DNA of 5,402 nt from a virus. Each line of letters starts with the position of its first letter. Position 1 is the first letter of the stretch. Positions 5,152 to 5,402 of this stretch are shown piece after piece. Below the pieces are notes generated by a model. That model did no database searches. It was not told the DNA's origin and saw only the letters and a list, made by a program, of their open reading frames with translations. A program made the position numbers and the translations under genes. The DNA lies in IMG/VR virus record IMGVR_UViG_3300038683_000076, positions 1 to 5,402 of that record. One strand, 5' to 3'.

Positions 5152-5161
5152 TTCTTTTTTT

Positions 5162-5385
5162 TTACGCTTCTTTTGAGTTTTTGTTCGACTCGGCTTCGCC
5201 GTCTAGCTTAATTATTTTAGCTTCTTCCTTACCTGGTGCTTTAGCTTTATTATCTCTTTTTGCTGTTAGACTTGCTTGTACTTTATCCATTGCTTCTGCT
5301 GCTATTTCAAACCTATCTGTCCGTATATTATAAGCTGCTCCAATTCCGTCTTTCCGCTCTGTATATATTTCTGGCGCTCCGTCTA
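5162..5385 (-). CDS. 3' portion (73 codons plus TAA) of the same junction-spanning small ORF
   Basis: The minus-strand frame is open from the primer boundary. It reads DGAPEIYTERKDGIGAAYNIRTDRFEIAAEAMDKVQASLTAKRDNKAKAPGKEEAKIIKLDGEAESNKNSKEA and ends at TAA (5164..5162). It has no plausible start of its own near the 5' end, and its composition is protein-like and noticeably more GC-rich than the intergenic DNA. From memory, the DGAP-IYTERKDG...YNIRTDRF-IA motif recurs in small proteins encoded next to VP1 in gut microviruses (unverified). Confidence 0.7.
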
Positions 5386-5402
5386 GATCGTGACTGGGAA
5401 AC
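5386..5402 (-). other. Non-biological sequence: same amplification primer, reverse-complemented at the other contig end
   Basis: Bases 5386-5402 (gatcgtgactgggaaac) are the perfect reverse complement of bases 1-17. A primer at both ends of an amplicon or contig is expected for single-primer amplification. Confidence 0.9.

Noticed and set aside
18-5385. Searched by eye for tRNA/rRNA genes, CRISPR repeat-spacer arrays, integrase or attachment-site repeats, and defence or toxin systems.
   Set aside because: I saw no cloverleaf-compatible GC-rich segments and no regularly spaced repeats of 20 nt or more. No integrase-like or toxin-like ORF is present, and the coding capacity is filled by the microvirus gene set and small ORFs.
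1-5402. Perfect 17-bp terminal inverted repeats, suggesting an IS element, transposon or linear replicon with TIRs.
   Set aside because: The repeat is the exact sequence of a standard random-amplification primer. The window encodes no transposase, and the content is a circular ssDNA phage genome.

Overview
The window looks like one essentially complete, circularly permuted Microviridae (ssDNA phage) genome of about 5.37 kb, given as the reverse complement of the coding/viral strand. Both ends carry a 17-nt laboratory random-amplification primer (GTTTCCCAGTCACGATC at 1-17, its reverse complement at 5386-5402), which mimics a terminal inverted repeat. All credible genes lie on the minus strand. 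In coding order they are a small ORF (63 aa), VP2-like pilot/minor capsid protein (326 aa), a VP4-like HUH replication initiator, three mutually overlapping small ORFs (81, 68, 94 aa), a large VP1/F-like major capsid protein (697 aa), and a roughly 115-aa ORF cut in two by the linearisation point. The large VP1, gene order, tight TAATG/TAAATG junctions and A-tract leaders without Shine-Dalgarno motifs fit the gut, Bacteroidota-associated (Alpavirinae-like) microviruses; that placement is an inference without a database search. The most notable point is that the Rep gene is split across two frames at a G7 homopolymer that sits in a GC hairpin. The conserved N-terminus (MCLYPKIIKNRKY... and the CGKCxEC cysteine cluster) lies upstream of the first in-frame ATG. 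This is either a homopolymer sequencing error or a perfect G_GGG_GGG -1 frameshift site. Other items are uncharacterised overlapping small ORFs (one very basic, one with a cationic amphipathic N-terminus), a 112-nt noncoding region with two hairpins, and long A/T homopolymers at gene junctions. All plus-strand ORFs in the track appear to be antisense shadows. I saw no tRNA, rRNA, CRISPR or transposase.
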